This document shows, one piece after another, positions 16,481 through 26,037 of a DNA stretch of 47,029 bases. This DNA is from an uncultured Actinomycetaceae bacterium. GTDB taxonomy: Bacteria; Actinomycetota; Actinomycetes; Actinomycetales; Actinomycetaceae. The position numbers and the translations under genes are program-made. Position 1 is the first letter of the stretch. The number at the start of each line of letters is the position of its first letter. The stretch is taken from contig CAUTGT010000001.1 of assembly GCA_963537735.1 (NCBI GenBank), positions 1 to 47,029 on the forward strand, read 5' to 3'. Under the pieces are notes generated by a model. That model saw only the letters and a list, made by a program, of their open reading frames with translations. It was not told where the DNA came from and did not search any database.

Positions 16481-16779
16481 TGGCACACACCGGCTTTAAG
16501 CGGCCCGGACGCTACGCTGCGCTCGCCGCCGCCTACTACGACGACCCGGCCATTATCGCCGTCGGCCCCGACGCCGAACTCTGGTACGTGCGCGCCCTCG
16601 CCTGGTGCGCCGCACACCCCGAAACCGACGGCGACATCCCCCTCGAAGTCGCCGTCAACCGCCTCGGCATCCCCAACGCAATGTCATGCGTGAACATTTG
16701 CGCCAATCACTGCCTTATCGCCAAGAACGACGATTCTGTGAGCGTGGCGCCTTGGGTGAAATGGAATGGTAAGAGGTAA
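16480..16779 (+). CDS. Short protein resembling the N-terminal winged-helix domain of phage replication initiators (possible remnant)
   Basis: YYDDPAIIAVGPDAELWYVRALAWCAAHPETDGDIP; stops after 99 aa. Confidence 0.55.
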   Translation: MAHTGFKRPGRYAALAAAYYDDPAIIAVGPDAELWYVRALAWCAAHPETDGDIPLEVAVNRLGIPNAMSCVNICANHCLIAKNDDSVSVAPWVKWNGKR

Positions 16780-16784
16780 CAGAA

Positions 16785-17723
16785 ATGCGCATCCGAACCA
16801 TCAAGCCCGAATTCTGGCGCAGCGAGGACATCGCCGCCCTGAGCATTGAGGACAGGCTCCTATTCATCGGCCTGTGGTCGTACGTCGAGGACAACGGCGT
16901 GGGCCGCGACGAGCCCCAACTCATTCAGTGTGACCTGTACCCTCTTGACACATTCACTGAGGCCTCACTGAGGACTCACGGAGGCCTCATGCGCCTCTCA
17001 CAACAGGGTCTAATCACCCGTTTTGAGGGCCCCGACGGGCGTCGATACCTGCAAATCAACAGCTGGGACAAGCACCAGAAAATCAACCGACCGTCAAAAC
17101 CGCGTTTCCCGCAGTACAACGCCGAAAACTGCACACTCACTGAGGACTCAGTGAGTCCTCACTGCACACTCACTGAGGACTCACTCCCGGAACAGGGAAC
17201 AGGGAACAGGGAACAGGGAACAGGGAAGAACACCCCTTTTAGCCCCCCTCACGAAACCGAACACGCTGAGTCCGCGAGCGCTGAGACCGTGACCGTGTCC
17301 GCTGACGCGGCCCCGGCAACCGCAACCACCTCGAAGCCCTCGAAAGCCTCAAAGCCTTCGAAGCGAACCCGAGCGTCTCGCGGGACACGCTTGCCTGACG
17401 GGTGGCAGCCTGACCAGGCCCTCGCGGACTGGACCAAGGCCAACGCGCCCGCCGCGGCGAACGCCCTCGAGGTCGAACGCTTCCGCGACTACTGGACCGC
17501 GCAGCCCGGCGCCAAGGGCCGCAAGACCGACTGGGCGGCCACCTGGCGCAACTGGGCCAGGCGGTGCCAGGAACAGCACACGCAGCCGAGCCGAGGCCAG
17601 GCCCCGCGCAGCACGACCAGCGACCGCGTCAACGGGTGGCTCGCCCTCGCCGACAGCCTCGACCCCAACCACCAGCCACCCAGCCAGCCCAGCCTGATCG
17701 CCATCGAAGGAGGCGCAGCATGA
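16785..17723 (+). CDS. Phage replication initiator (replisome organiser)
   Basis: MRIRTIKPEFW...RLLFIGLWSYVEDNG...WDKHQKINRPS; C-terminal RGTRLPDGW...FRDYW...DWAATWRNW; internal iterons. Confidence 0.8.
   Translation: MRIRTIKPEFWRSEDIAALSIEDRLLFIGLWSYVEDNGVGRDEPQLIQCDLYPLDTFTEASLRTHGGLMRLSQQGLITRFEGPDGRRYLQINSWDKHQKINRPSKPRFPQYNAENCTLTEDSVSPHCTLTEDSLPEQGTGNREQGTGKNTPFSPPHETEHAESASAETVTVSADAAPATATTSKPSKASKPSKRTRASRGTRLPDGWQPDQALADWTKANAPAAANALEVERFRDYWTAQPGAKGRKTDWAATWRNWARRCQEQHTQPSRGQAPRSTTSDRVNGWLALADSLDPNHQPPSQPSLIAIEGGAA
16954..17223. repeat. Putative replication origin (iterons) inside the initiator gene
   Basis: Three 11-bp units TCAC(T/G)GAGG(C/A)C at 16954-16986; 23-bp direct repeat ACTGCACACTCACTGAGGACTCA at 17128-17150 and 17161-17183 with an inverted partial copy between; five GGAACAG at 17189-17223. 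Confidence 0.7.
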
Positions 17724-18238
17724 ACCGCACCGAAGCCGCCCAAGTCCTCGCCAAGGCCGCCGCGTACGACAACCGCCAGCCCGACCAGGTCGCCGCGCTC
17801 GCCTGGGCCGAAGCCCTCGACCGGGACATGCCCCTCGCCGACGCGCTGCGCATCGTCGGCGAGCACTACCGCGACGAACGCGCCTGGATCATGCCGGCCG
17901 ACATCAACCGCCGGTGGCGCAGCCTCGGCAAAGCCCGCCTCGAAACCGCCGTCCGCATGGGGCTACCCGAGCCGCCCGACGAACTCGCAGACACCCCCGG
18001 CGACTGGGCCGCGTGGAAGAAAGCCCAGATCCGCGCCATCCGCGCCGGATGCGACGCCACCCAAGCCGACGCTAGGGCATGGCACGCAATCCAGCGCACG
18101 CCACGAGAGCGCCGCGAACTACCCTCACAGCCGCCCATGCCGTCCGAGTGGCAGGCCATGCTCGACGCAGCAACACCCCGCCAGGTAGCCACGGCGTGCG
18201 GCCCAGATGGCTGTCACACGCACCAGACGGGCCGCTGA
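17720..18238 (+). CDS. Putative helicase loader (G39P-like N-terminus)
   Basis: MNRTEAAQVLAKAAAYDNR...AWAEAL...HYRDERAWIMPADI; follows the initiator. Confidence 0.6.
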   Translation: MNRTEAAQVLAKAAAYDNRQPDQVAALAWAEALDRDMPLADALRIVGEHYRDERAWIMPADINRRWRSLGKARLETAVRMGLPEPPDELADTPGDWAAWKKAQIRAIRAGCDATQADARAWHAIQRTPRERRELPSQPPMPSEWQAMLDAATPRQVATACGPDGCHTHQTGR

Positions 18239-18404
18239 CGGGCGAACGGCCCCCCGGCGGTACCCACACCCACCCAAGGGTCTGAAAGGCCCGCAAAACG
18301 CCGCACAGCGAATCGACCAGGCAGACGGTTAACAGCGCTCGCGGCCCCCACCAACCACCACACGCCCCACAAACGGCGCAAAATCAACGAAAAGGACACC
18401 AACA

Positions 18405-18869
18405 ATGAGCATTGAAGCAACGATCACCGGCAACCTCGGAGCCGACCCCGACGTGCGCTGGACCCAAGGCGGCCAGCAAGTCACCGAACTGCGTATCTGC
18501 GCAACCCCACGCAAGCAACGCAGGGGCCCCGACGGCAAGCCCACGGGCGAGTGGGAGGACGCAGGCGCCCCCGTGTGGGTGCGGGCGGCCCTGTGGGGCG
18601 AACGGTACTCCTGGATCGCCGAGACGTGCCGGAAGGGCGACCAGGTCGCCGTCGCAGGCGTGATCGCAAAGGCCGAGTTCACCGGCAAGGACGGGCAGCG
18701 CCACGAAGCCCTCGAGATCCTCAACCCGCGATTCCTCGGCTCTACCGCCGCCCGCCGCCAATACCAGGCATCCCAAGGCCCTGCCCCCGCCGCGGCGAAC
18801 GTGACCGGCCAGCCCGGCGGCGGCACGCCCTGGGCCAACCAGCCCATGCCCACCGACCCCCCGTTTTAA
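18405..18869 (+). CDS. ssb: Single-stranded DNA-binding protein
   Basis: ITGNLGADPDVRWT...KGDQVAVAG; C-terminal DPPF. Confidence 0.9.
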   Translation: MSIEATITGNLGADPDVRWTQGGQQVTELRICATPRKQRRGPDGKPTGEWEDAGAPVWVRAALWGERYSWIAETCRKGDQVAVAGVIAKAEFTGKDGQRHEALEILNPRFLGSTAARRQYQASQGPAPAAANVTGQPGGGTPWANQPMPTDPPF

Positions 18870-18914
18870 TACCCACCAGCAACCCCTCTAAAATCGGAAG
18901 GGAGACCCTCGCCA

Positions 18915-19658
18915 ATGCCCACCCACACGCAGATGCTCGCACAGATCGCAGCCTGGCTACCCGCCCTCGACACAGCGGCCCACACCGCGACCGGCCTGCA
19001 CTCCCCCCGCCCCACCTCGGGCGCACACAGCGGCAACGGCGCAGGTCTCCCCTACCGCCTCGCCGCCATCCTCGACACCACCGACGACGGCCCCGCTGGT
19101 ATCCGCACCAGCGCCGGGGTGCTCGACATCCTCCACCCGTGGGCGGTGCAGCTCGCAGACGAGCGCAGCGAACCCGCCCCCGCGCGCCGCTCCACGCTGC
19201 CCTACCTGATCGGCACCATCACGTGGGCGCAGGACCACGCCGCCGACTGGGAAGCCCTCGCCGAAACCATCACCGACACCTGGCGCATCCTCGCGCGCGC
19301 CACAGGCCACACCCCCGCCACCATCGGCACCTGCCCCAACTGCGGCGGTGCTATCACAACCGACCCCACCCCGACCGGCATCCCCGAACACGGCTCCTGC
19401 GAACGCTGCGACAGGTGGTACCAAGACAAGGAGGACCAAAGCATGGTCCGTAAAACAGCCCTGAACGACGTGCTCAGGAACACGCGCAACCCCGCTATCT
19501 ATGTGGACTGGACGACCCTCTCCCAGGCTTTCCCCACGCTCTCCCACGACCGGCTCCGACAGTGGGCACACCGAGGACACGTGCCAACACAGCCCGGCCC
19601 ACTCTACCAAGTGCGAGCCGTCCACGACCGCCTCGACCGCGAACAAGGCGCAGCATGA
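18915..19658 (+). CDS. Zn-ribbon plus C-terminal HTH protein (possible late transcriptional regulator)
   Basis: CPNC...CERC; RLRQWAHRGHV...LYQV; at the end of the early region. Confidence 0.55.
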   Translation: MPTHTQMLAQIAAWLPALDTAAHTATGLHSPRPTSGAHSGNGAGLPYRLAAILDTTDDGPAGIRTSAGVLDILHPWAVQLADERSEPAPARRSTLPYLIGTITWAQDHAADWEALAETITDTWRILARATGHTPATIGTCPNCGGAITTDPTPTGIPEHGSCERCDRWYQDKEDQSMVRKTALNDVLRNTRNPAIYVDWTTLSQAFPTLSHDRLRQWAHRGHVPTQPGPLYQVRAVHDRLDREQGAA

Positions 19659-19831
19659 AACGCGCCCGCCTTACCCGCATATGCCAGGCCGCCCCGCTTG
19701 TCACTGTCGCCGCCATTACCGCTGCGCATGGGTGCGCCAATATCGCGGGCAGCGACCAGGCGTTCGGTGCGGCTCAAATAGTTACAGCCGCCCTCGTCGT
19801 AGCGCTCACGGCAATCCAGGGAAGGGAGTAG
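19655..19831 (+). CDS. Small hydrophobic protein
   Basis: ATGA overlap; two hydrophobic stretches. Confidence 0.5.
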   Translation: MKRARLTRICQAAPLVTVAAITAAHGCANIAGSDQAFGAAQIVTAALVVALTAIQGRE

Positions 19832-19833
19832 GT

Positions 19834-20208
19834 ATGACCGCCGACGATGATCGCGCGCTGCGCGCCCTCGACCTCGCCACCGCCGGCCTCAGCGTCGCCA
19901 AGATCGCCACCATGCTCGACACCACCGTCAAAGACGTGAAGGCCCTCATCAAAGCAGGCAAGAAGCGCGACCCCCGCGACTACGACCCAGACGTCGAAGC
20001 CCGCCGCCTCGACAAAATGAGCGCCGCCCTATGGCCCCTCGCCTCCCAAGGCGACCCCGAAACCGTCGGCGTCGTCGTCAAGCTCATGGAACGACGCGAC
20101 ACCATGGACGCCACAATCGACGGAGACCTCGCCGCCGCCGTAAAAGCCACCACCAAGCTACAGAAAGCCCACCGCGACCAAGTAGCGACACGCGCAGATA
20201 CCGAGTAG
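19834..20208 (+). CDS. HTH DNA-binding protein
   Basis: RALDLATAGLSVAKIATMLDTTVKDVKALI; RLDKMSAALWPLASQGD. Confidence 0.6.
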   Translation: MTADDDRALRALDLATAGLSVAKIATMLDTTVKDVKALIKAGKKRDPRDYDPDVEARRLDKMSAALWPLASQGDPETVGVVVKLMERRDTMDATIDGDLAAAVKATTKLQKAHRDQVATRADTE

Positions 20209-20282
20209 CGGATACCCCCTAAGTGTGATACTGTCACACATGAAGCGGGTGTAGTGTGCCACGGCTACCCGGCCTCCTGATC

Positions 20283-20331
20283 GATACCAAGACCCCCGAC
20301 CTCAGCAACCAGGTCGGGGGTCTTGCGTATC
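20283..20331. terminator. Bidirectional hairpin terminator between convergent units
   Basis: CAAGACCCCCGACCT/AGGTCGGGGGTCTTG 15-bp stem, extended by GATAC/GTATC. Confidence 0.75.
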
Positions 20332-20340
20332 ACCTGCAGG

Positions 20341-20622
20341 TCACAGGCCGTGACGCTCGACCGCCTTCCAGAAGTCAACGGCGGTCACGGTCTGATAGAA
20401 GCCCTGACGGTTTAGGGCGATTGTGCCGGTGCGCGGGTCAAGCGCCTGGTACCAACCGAAGCACTCCTCGATCAGTTCCTCGACATCGACGTCAGCGTCG
20501 GCAGTGAACCCGAGAGCATCCCGGACCATACCCCGCACCTCATCAAGGGTGGTGAAGCGGGTGGGCTCCTCGGTCAGCTCGATAACCTCGGCCAGGTCCT
20601 CGGGGGTGTGGATGGTTTCCAT
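20341..20622 (-). CDS. Small acidic protein in a stand-alone leftward cassette (candidate anti-CRISPR/anti-defence)
   Basis: 93 aa, Asp/Glu-rich; has its own promoter, RBS GAAGGAG and terminator; function inferred only. Confidence 0.75.
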   Translation of the reverse strand: METIHTPEDLAEVIELTEEPTRFTTLDEVRGMVRDALGFTADADVDVEELIEECFGWYQALDPRTGTIALNRQGFYQTVTAVDFWKAVERHGL

Positions 20623-20644
20623 GGGGGTCTCCTTCGTTGAGTTG

Positions 20645-20702
20645 CAGGGGGCTTTTCCCTCCTGACACCATTAACTATAGCCCGCGCACAACGCTAAGTC
20701 AA
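20645..20702 (-). promoter_or_regulatory. Promoter TTGACT-N17-TATAGT with spacer operator and 5'-UTR hairpin (copy 1)
   Basis: Homologous to 43657-43715. Confidence 0.75.
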
Positions 20703-20740
20703 CACGTGGGGACGTGACACCCACCACAAGGACACGGACC

Positions 20741-21088
20741 ATGGCCCGCCGCCGATGCTCACACCCAGGCTGCCCTACCCTCATCCCACACCCTGGCCCC
20801 CGCCTATGCCCTACCCACAACCGCGAGCGCGAACAGCAACGAGGCTACTCAACCGCACGCGGCTACGACCGCCACTACCGGGCCGCCAGGGTACGGGCCG
20901 CCCGCCTCGTCGAGGCAGGCCAGGCCGTGTGCTGGCGGTGCGGCCAACCCATCAAGGCAGACGAAGCGTTCGACCTTGGTCACGATGACGACGATCGTTC
21001 GATCATTCGCGGACCAGAACACAGATTTTGCAATCGCAGCGCCGCAGGCAAAGCGGCACACAAATACGACCGAACCGAAACGGACTGA
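20741..21088 (+). CDS. HNH-type endonuclease associated with packaging
   Basis: CSHPGC...CPTH...RGY...CWRC...DLGH...EHRFCN; immediately upstream of the terminase genes. Confidence 0.75.
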   Translation: MARRRCSHPGCPTLIPHPGPRLCPTHNREREQQRGYSTARGYDRHYRAARVRAARLVEAGQAVCWRCGQPIKADEAFDLGHDDDDRSIIRGPEHRFCNRSAAGKAAHKYDRTETD

Positions 21089-21262
21089 CACGCACACCCC
21101 CCAGGGGGGTGGCCCCGACCGGGGCCCCGTCAGACCGCTGGTGAGGGATGTAAACAGTTCGGAGGGTTCAAAACTTCCCGCCCGAAACCGAAAAAGCCGC
21201 CCGGCGCGACGCCGAGGTGGCCCTGCAGGCAGGCGCGACGCCGGCCAGCGAGGAGACTAGTC

Positions 21263-21808
21263 ATGCCGTCAGGAGGTGCGCGAGCCCGGAGTGGGCCGCC
21301 CGTCAACCCCAACAGTGCTCGAAGCGACGCGCGCGGGATCGCCTTCCGTCAGCTCGGAGGCGTCCCCGCCACCGCGCCCGTCCCCGAGTTCGCCATGCCC
21401 CCAATGCAGCTATGGGAGACCCTCCCGAACGGGGGCCGTCGTTTCCGCAAGCTGGCGACCGAGCTTCGTTGGAAGCGCGAACTCGAACTGTGGGAGTGGG
21501 CCTGGCGCCAACCTCAGTCCGAGGTCTGGCGCGAACAGCCCTGGATGACATACTCAGTCGCACAGTGGGTGCGCCTCGCCGTCACCTGTGAGGAAGAGGG
21601 CGCGAAGGCGGGCGACAAGACCGCGCTCCTGCGCTTGGCCGACCAGATCGGCCTCACCGCCTCGGGCCTCGCCCTCCACCAGTGGCAGATCACGACCGGC
21701 AAGCCCGCCGCCGAGGCTGAGATAACCGAGCGCCCTGCGCGTCGCCATTCTTCCCGTGCTCGGCTCGCTGGTATGACCGTCGTCGACGGCGGCAGTGATG
21801 GCGCATGA
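21263..21808 (+). CDS. Terminase small subunit
   Basis: MPSGGARARSGPP...WEWAWRQPQSEVW...DQIGLTASGL; position. Confidence 0.75.
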   Translation: MPSGGARARSGPPVNPNSARSDARGIAFRQLGGVPATAPVPEFAMPPMQLWETLPNGGRRFRKLATELRWKRELELWEWAWRQPQSEVWREQPWMTYSVAQWVRLAVTCEEEGAKAGDKTALLRLADQIGLTASGLALHQWQITTGKPAAEAEITERPARRHSSRARLAGMTVVDGGSDGA

Positions 21809-23435
21809 CGAGTACGCGCCGCCGCCGCTCGCCCTCGACTTCAACCCCCTGCATACCCTTGGGTTCCTGATCTCTGACTGGATCGAGGCCCACTGCCTGG
21901 TCCCGTCGGGCGTGTACTTCAATCAACCGCTCGTACTGAACGGGTGGCAGCTCTACTGCAACGCCAACCATTACCGCGTCAAGGCGACCGCGAAGCCTGA
22001 CCCGCATCGTCTTGTGGAGCCGTTCACCTACCGGCGTAGCCTGTGGGTGGGGCCTCAGAAGTCGGGTAAGTCGCCGCTCGCGGCGGCGGTTGCGCTCGCG
22101 GAAGGCGTAGGACCGGCCATGTTCGCCGGGTGGGCGCGCGACGGCGACGTGTACCGCTGTTCGGACCACGGGTGCGGGTGCGGGTGGGAGTACTGGTACG
22201 AGCCGGGCGAGGCCATGGGCCGCCCCCGCGACAAGAGCCTGATCGCACTCCTCGCGTTCGCTGAGGACCAGACCCGCAACGTCTACGAGCCGTTGCAGAC
22301 CATGATTAAGAGCGGTCCCCTCGGGGACTTCGTGCGCGTCCGCGAGGGCTTCGTGCGTCTCCCGAATGAGGGGAAGATCGTCCCCGTCACATCGGCGGCC
22401 CGCTCGAAGCTGGGCCAGCCGTTCACGTGCGCTATCGCGGACGAATCGGGCCTCTACACGCCCCAATCGGGCGTGCTGAACACATGGCAGACGATCCGAC
22501 GAGCGGTCGCCGGCATGCAGGGCCGCACCATCGAGCTGACAAACCCGTGGGACCCCATGGAAGATTCAGCGGCGCAACAGGCGTACCAGTCTAGGGCGCG
22601 GGACATCTTCAAGTTCTACGAGAAGCCGCCCCTGGACTGGGATTACACGAAGAAGGCCGACAGGTCGAAAATTCACCGCTTCGTGTACGCCTCGTCCCCG
22701 TGGGTAGACCCGAAGGCGATTGACGCCGAGGTCGACGAACTCATGGAAACCGACCCCACGCAGGCCGAGCGGTTCTTCGGCAATCGGCTTGTGCAGGGCA
22801 AGGGCTCCTATCTCACCGAAAAGGTCTGGGACCGGCAAACCCGCGACGTGCAGCCCGAACCGGGCTGCGAAATCGCCCTGGGCTTCGACGGTTCACGGTC
22901 GGGTGACTGGACGGCGATCCGCGCCGAAACCGTCGACGGCCTGCGATTCACACCAACGTACGGGCCCGATCAGCGGCCTACCGTGTGGAACCCGGAAGAA
23001 TGGCCGGAAGGCCGCATCCCGCGTGGCGAGGTCGACGCGGCGGTCGCCGAACTCATGGACCGCTACACCGTCCAACGCTTCTACTGCGACCCGAGGCACT
23101 GGGAAACCCAAATAGACCACTGGGAAAACCTGTACGGCGACTATGTCGTCGTGCAGTGGCCCACGAACTCCATCACGCGAATGTTCGCGGCGCTGGTGCG
23201 TTTCCGCGAGGACCTCGCCGAAGGCCTCACCACCCACACCCCGGATGAGACCGCGAAGCTGTGCGCCCTGCACGCCCGCAAGGTCGCCAAGCCCGGCGAC
23301 AAATTCATCCTCGGCAAGCCAGCCGAGCACATGAAGATCGACGTCCTCATGGCCGACGTCCTCGCCCACGAGGCCGCGGCGGATGAGCACGCCGAAGGCT
23401 GGGAACCGGGCGGCGCTATCAGCTTCGCATGGTAA
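21795..23435 (+). CDS. terL: Terminase large subunit
   Basis: Walker A GPQKSGKS, Walker B AIADE, nuclease GFDGS and KIDVL. Confidence 0.9.
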   Translation: MMAHDEYAPPPLALDFNPLHTLGFLISDWIEAHCLVPSGVYFNQPLVLNGWQLYCNANHYRVKATAKPDPHRLVEPFTYRRSLWVGPQKSGKSPLAAAVALAEGVGPAMFAGWARDGDVYRCSDHGCGCGWEYWYEPGEAMGRPRDKSLIALLAFAEDQTRNVYEPLQTMIKSGPLGDFVRVREGFVRLPNEGKIVPVTSAARSKLGQPFTCAIADESGLYTPQSGVLNTWQTIRRAVAGMQGRTIELTNPWDPMEDSAAQQAYQSRARDIFKFYEKPPLDWDYTKKADRSKIHRFVYASSPWVDPKAIDAEVDELMETDPTQAERFFGNRLVQGKGSYLTEKVWDRQTRDVQPEPGCEIALGFDGSRSGDWTAIRAETVDGLRFTPTYGPDQRPTVWNPEEWPEGRIPRGEVDAAVAELMDRYTVQRFYCDPRHWETQIDHWENLYGDYVVVQWPTNSITRMFAALVRFREDLAEGLTTHTPDETAKLCALHARKVAKPGDKFILGKPAEHMKIDVLMADVLAHEAAADEHAEGWEPGGAISFAW

Positions 23436-23450
23436 AGGACACACACCCGT

Positions 23451-24830
23451 ATGACTGACCAGATCACCCGCGACGAGGCGAAGCTCCTCGCCGACGCTGA
23501 GAACGCCCTCAACCTCACGGCCCCGGCGGACCGTAAGCACCGCGCCTACTACGAGGGCCGCCAGACCCTGCAGCACCTTGGCCTGGCGCTGCCCCCGTCC
23601 CTGCGCACCCTCGAAACCGTCGTCAACTGGCCTAGGGTCGTCGTCGACACCATCGAGGAGCGGCAGGACGTGCGCGGCATCATGGTCCCGTCACATCCCG
23701 AAGTCGCTGAGGACCTGCGCGCCATGATCGACGCGAACGACCTCGACGCCGAGCTGTGCAAGTGGAAGCGTGATCGCCTGATCTACGGTCGGGCTTATCT
23801 GTCCGTCGGTGTGGGCGACGCCGAGGGCGACTACCCGATCATTTGCGTGGAGTCTCCCCGTCAAATGACGGTGAAGTTCGACTATCGCCGTAAGACGATC
23901 ACGCACGCGGTGCGCATCGTCACCGACCAGGCCACCGACGGCACACAGACCCGCTACGCGACGATCTACACGCCGAACGCCACCACCACCTACGCGACGG
24001 TGGGCGGCGCGTGGCGCGTCGTCGACCGCGACGAGCACCGGCTCGGCATCGTCCCCGTCATCCCCTCGTTCAATCGCCAGATGACGGGCGAGACCACGGG
24101 CCACTCGGAGATGGACGACATCATGGGCGTGACCGACGCAGCCGCCCGCGCGATCACGCAGATGCAAGCCGCCCTCGAGACAAACGCGGTGCCCAAGCGA
24201 ATCATCATGGGCGCCAAGCGCAGCGATTTCGCCGACCCCAGCGCGTGGACGAATTATCTCAACCCCTTCGTGGCCCTGCAGAACGCTGGTGCGAAGGTCA
24301 CGCAGCTTGCCCCCGGAGAGCTGAGCAATTTTCACAGCACCATTGAGCTGTACGGCAAGCTCGCCGCCTCCCTGACCGGCTTCCCGGCCCGCTATTTCGG
24401 TCTCATCACGACGAACCCGCCCGCTGAGGGCGCTATTCGCGCTGAGGAATCGAAGCTCGTCAAGCGCGTCGAGCGCGTGAACGCCGAGTGCGGCGCGGCC
24501 CTCTCCCGTGCCCTGACGATCGCCGCCCGCATCATGGGCCACAACATCCCCATGGGCGCCGTGAATGTTGCCTGGCATGACCCCGCCACGCCGACGTTTA
24601 GCCAGAAGGCCGACGCCCTGCAGAAGCTCGCGGGCGGTAAGCCCCTGATTAGCCGCGAGGGTGCCTGGGACGAGCTGGGCTGGGACGACGCCCGCAAGGC
24701 GACCGAACGCGCCTACCTGCGCGAGGAGGAAACCGACCCCGACCTCATCAGGCTCCTGGAAAAGACTACGCCCGCGCTGACCGACGACGACCTGGACGCC
24801 GCCCATGGCTTCGATCCCGCCCGCGATTAG
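23451..24830 (+). CDS. Portal protein (SPP1 gp6-like)
   Basis: YYEGRQ, NWPRVVVD, IYGRAY, AEGAIRAEESKL. Confidence 0.9.
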   Translation: MTDQITRDEAKLLADAENALNLTAPADRKHRAYYEGRQTLQHLGLALPPSLRTLETVVNWPRVVVDTIEERQDVRGIMVPSHPEVAEDLRAMIDANDLDAELCKWKRDRLIYGRAYLSVGVGDAEGDYPIICVESPRQMTVKFDYRRKTITHAVRIVTDQATDGTQTRYATIYTPNATTTYATVGGAWRVVDRDEHRLGIVPVIPSFNRQMTGETTGHSEMDDIMGVTDAAARAITQMQAALETNAVPKRIIMGAKRSDFADPSAWTNYLNPFVALQNAGAKVTQLAPGELSNFHSTIELYGKLAASLTGFPARYFGLITTNPPAEGAIRAEESKLVKRVERVNAECGAALSRALTIAARIMGHNIPMGAVNVAWHDPATPTFSQKADALQKLAGGKPLISREGAWDELGWDDARKATERAYLREEETDPDLIRLLEKTTPALTDDDLDAAHGFDPARD

Positions 24831-26037
24831 CCACCACTACGGGCTGGTCCGTGAACAGGAGGCACGGGCACTGGCCACGGCGACGCGTCAGTGGCGCAAG
24901 CTCGGCCCCAACTGGATCGGGCAGGCGTGGGCCGAGCGCATCCCCACCGTCGCCGCCGCTATCACCAGCGCGCAGCGCACGGCGGGGGTCAGCGCCCTCG
25001 TCAGCGGCGCCCTCGCGCTCGGGCAGCAAGACACCTGGGCCGCCCCTGACGGCCTCGTCGACCCCGACGCCTTCGCAGGCCTCGCCGCCGACGGACGCAG
25101 CCTCGACACCCTCCTGCGCGCCCCAGCGATCACCGCCCGCGCTCTCATCAGTCAAGGCGTGGAGCCCGCGCAGGCGCTTGCGGCGGGGGGCCGTCAGCTA
25201 TCGATGTTGGTCCTGTCTGAGGTCGCTGACGCGGGCCGGGGCGCGGCGGGCGTGCAGATCGCCGCCAGGCCACGCGTCGGATACGTGCGGATGCTCGAAC
25301 CGCCGTCGTGCTCGCGGTGCGTCATCCTCGCGGGCCGGTTTTACCGCTGGAACCAAGGGTTTTTGCGGCATCCCCGGTGCGACTGCAAACACGTGCCCAC
25401 CATGGTCGCCGACCAAGACGAGGCGTTCGCGCGCGGTCTCATCGACGACCCGTACGAGGCTTTCACACGGATGAGCGAAGCCGAGCAGAACCGCGTTTTC
25501 ACGAACGCGGGCGCCCGCGCTATCCGCGACGGCGCTGACATGTATCAGGTCGTCAACGCCAGGCGAGGCATGAAATACCGGGGCGCTTTCACCTCTGAGG
25601 GCACCAGCAAACACGGTTGGGCGGGCCAGATCCTACGGCGTGGGCAGAAACGCATGACCCCGGAGACGATCTACCGCCTGAACCCGAACCGTGAGCAGGC
25701 CGTCGAGGCTTTGCGCGCTCAGGGATATATCACCGGGCGCGGGCAGGTCAGCGGTGGCGCGCTGCGTGGCCAGTACGAGGCCACCTATGAGGGCCGCCGG
25801 ATGACAGCCGCCGAAAAGCGCGTCGCGGTCGCCACCCGCGACTGGCAGGACGTGCAAAACGGCCTCAACCCCTGGACCCCGCGCGCCCAGGAACGCCACG
25901 GTGGCGCCCGCATCGGCGGCGCTGACTACCCCCTCACCCCTGAGATCGCCGCCGAAGTCGAGGCCCGCTACTACGCGGCCACCGCGACCGGCGGCGAATT
26001 GACCCGGATGCGCGCCCTCCTGCGCGCCTCCCGCTAA
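24805..26037 (+). CDS. MuF-like minor capsid / head maturation protein
   Basis: SCSRCVILAG...FLRHPRCDC; between portal and scaffold. Confidence 0.7.
   Translation: MASIPPAISHHYGLVREQEARALATATRQWRKLGPNWIGQAWAERIPTVAAAITSAQRTAGVSALVSGALALGQQDTWAAPDGLVDPDAFAGLAADGRSLDTLLRAPAITARALISQGVEPAQALAAGGRQLSMLVLSEVADAGRGAAGVQIAARPRVGYVRMLEPPSCSRCVILAGRFYRWNQGFLRHPRCDCKHVPTMVADQDEAFARGLIDDPYEAFTRMSEAEQNRVFTNAGARAIRDGADMYQVVNARRGMKYRGAFTSEGTSKHGWAGQILRRGQKRMTPETIYRLNPNREQAVEALRAQGYITGRGQVSGGALRGQYEATYEGRRMTAAEKRVAVATRDWQDVQNGLNPWTPRAQERHGGARIGGADYPLTPEIAAEVEARYYAATATGGELTRMRALLRASR

Noticed and set aside
20224..20238. CRP/GlxR binding site
   Set aside because: Half-site spacing is 5 nt, not the canonical TGTGA-N6-TCACA
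21089..21200. Exact cos site
   Set aside because: The location between HNH and terS is plausible, but the cut sequence cannot be determined without virion-end sequencing
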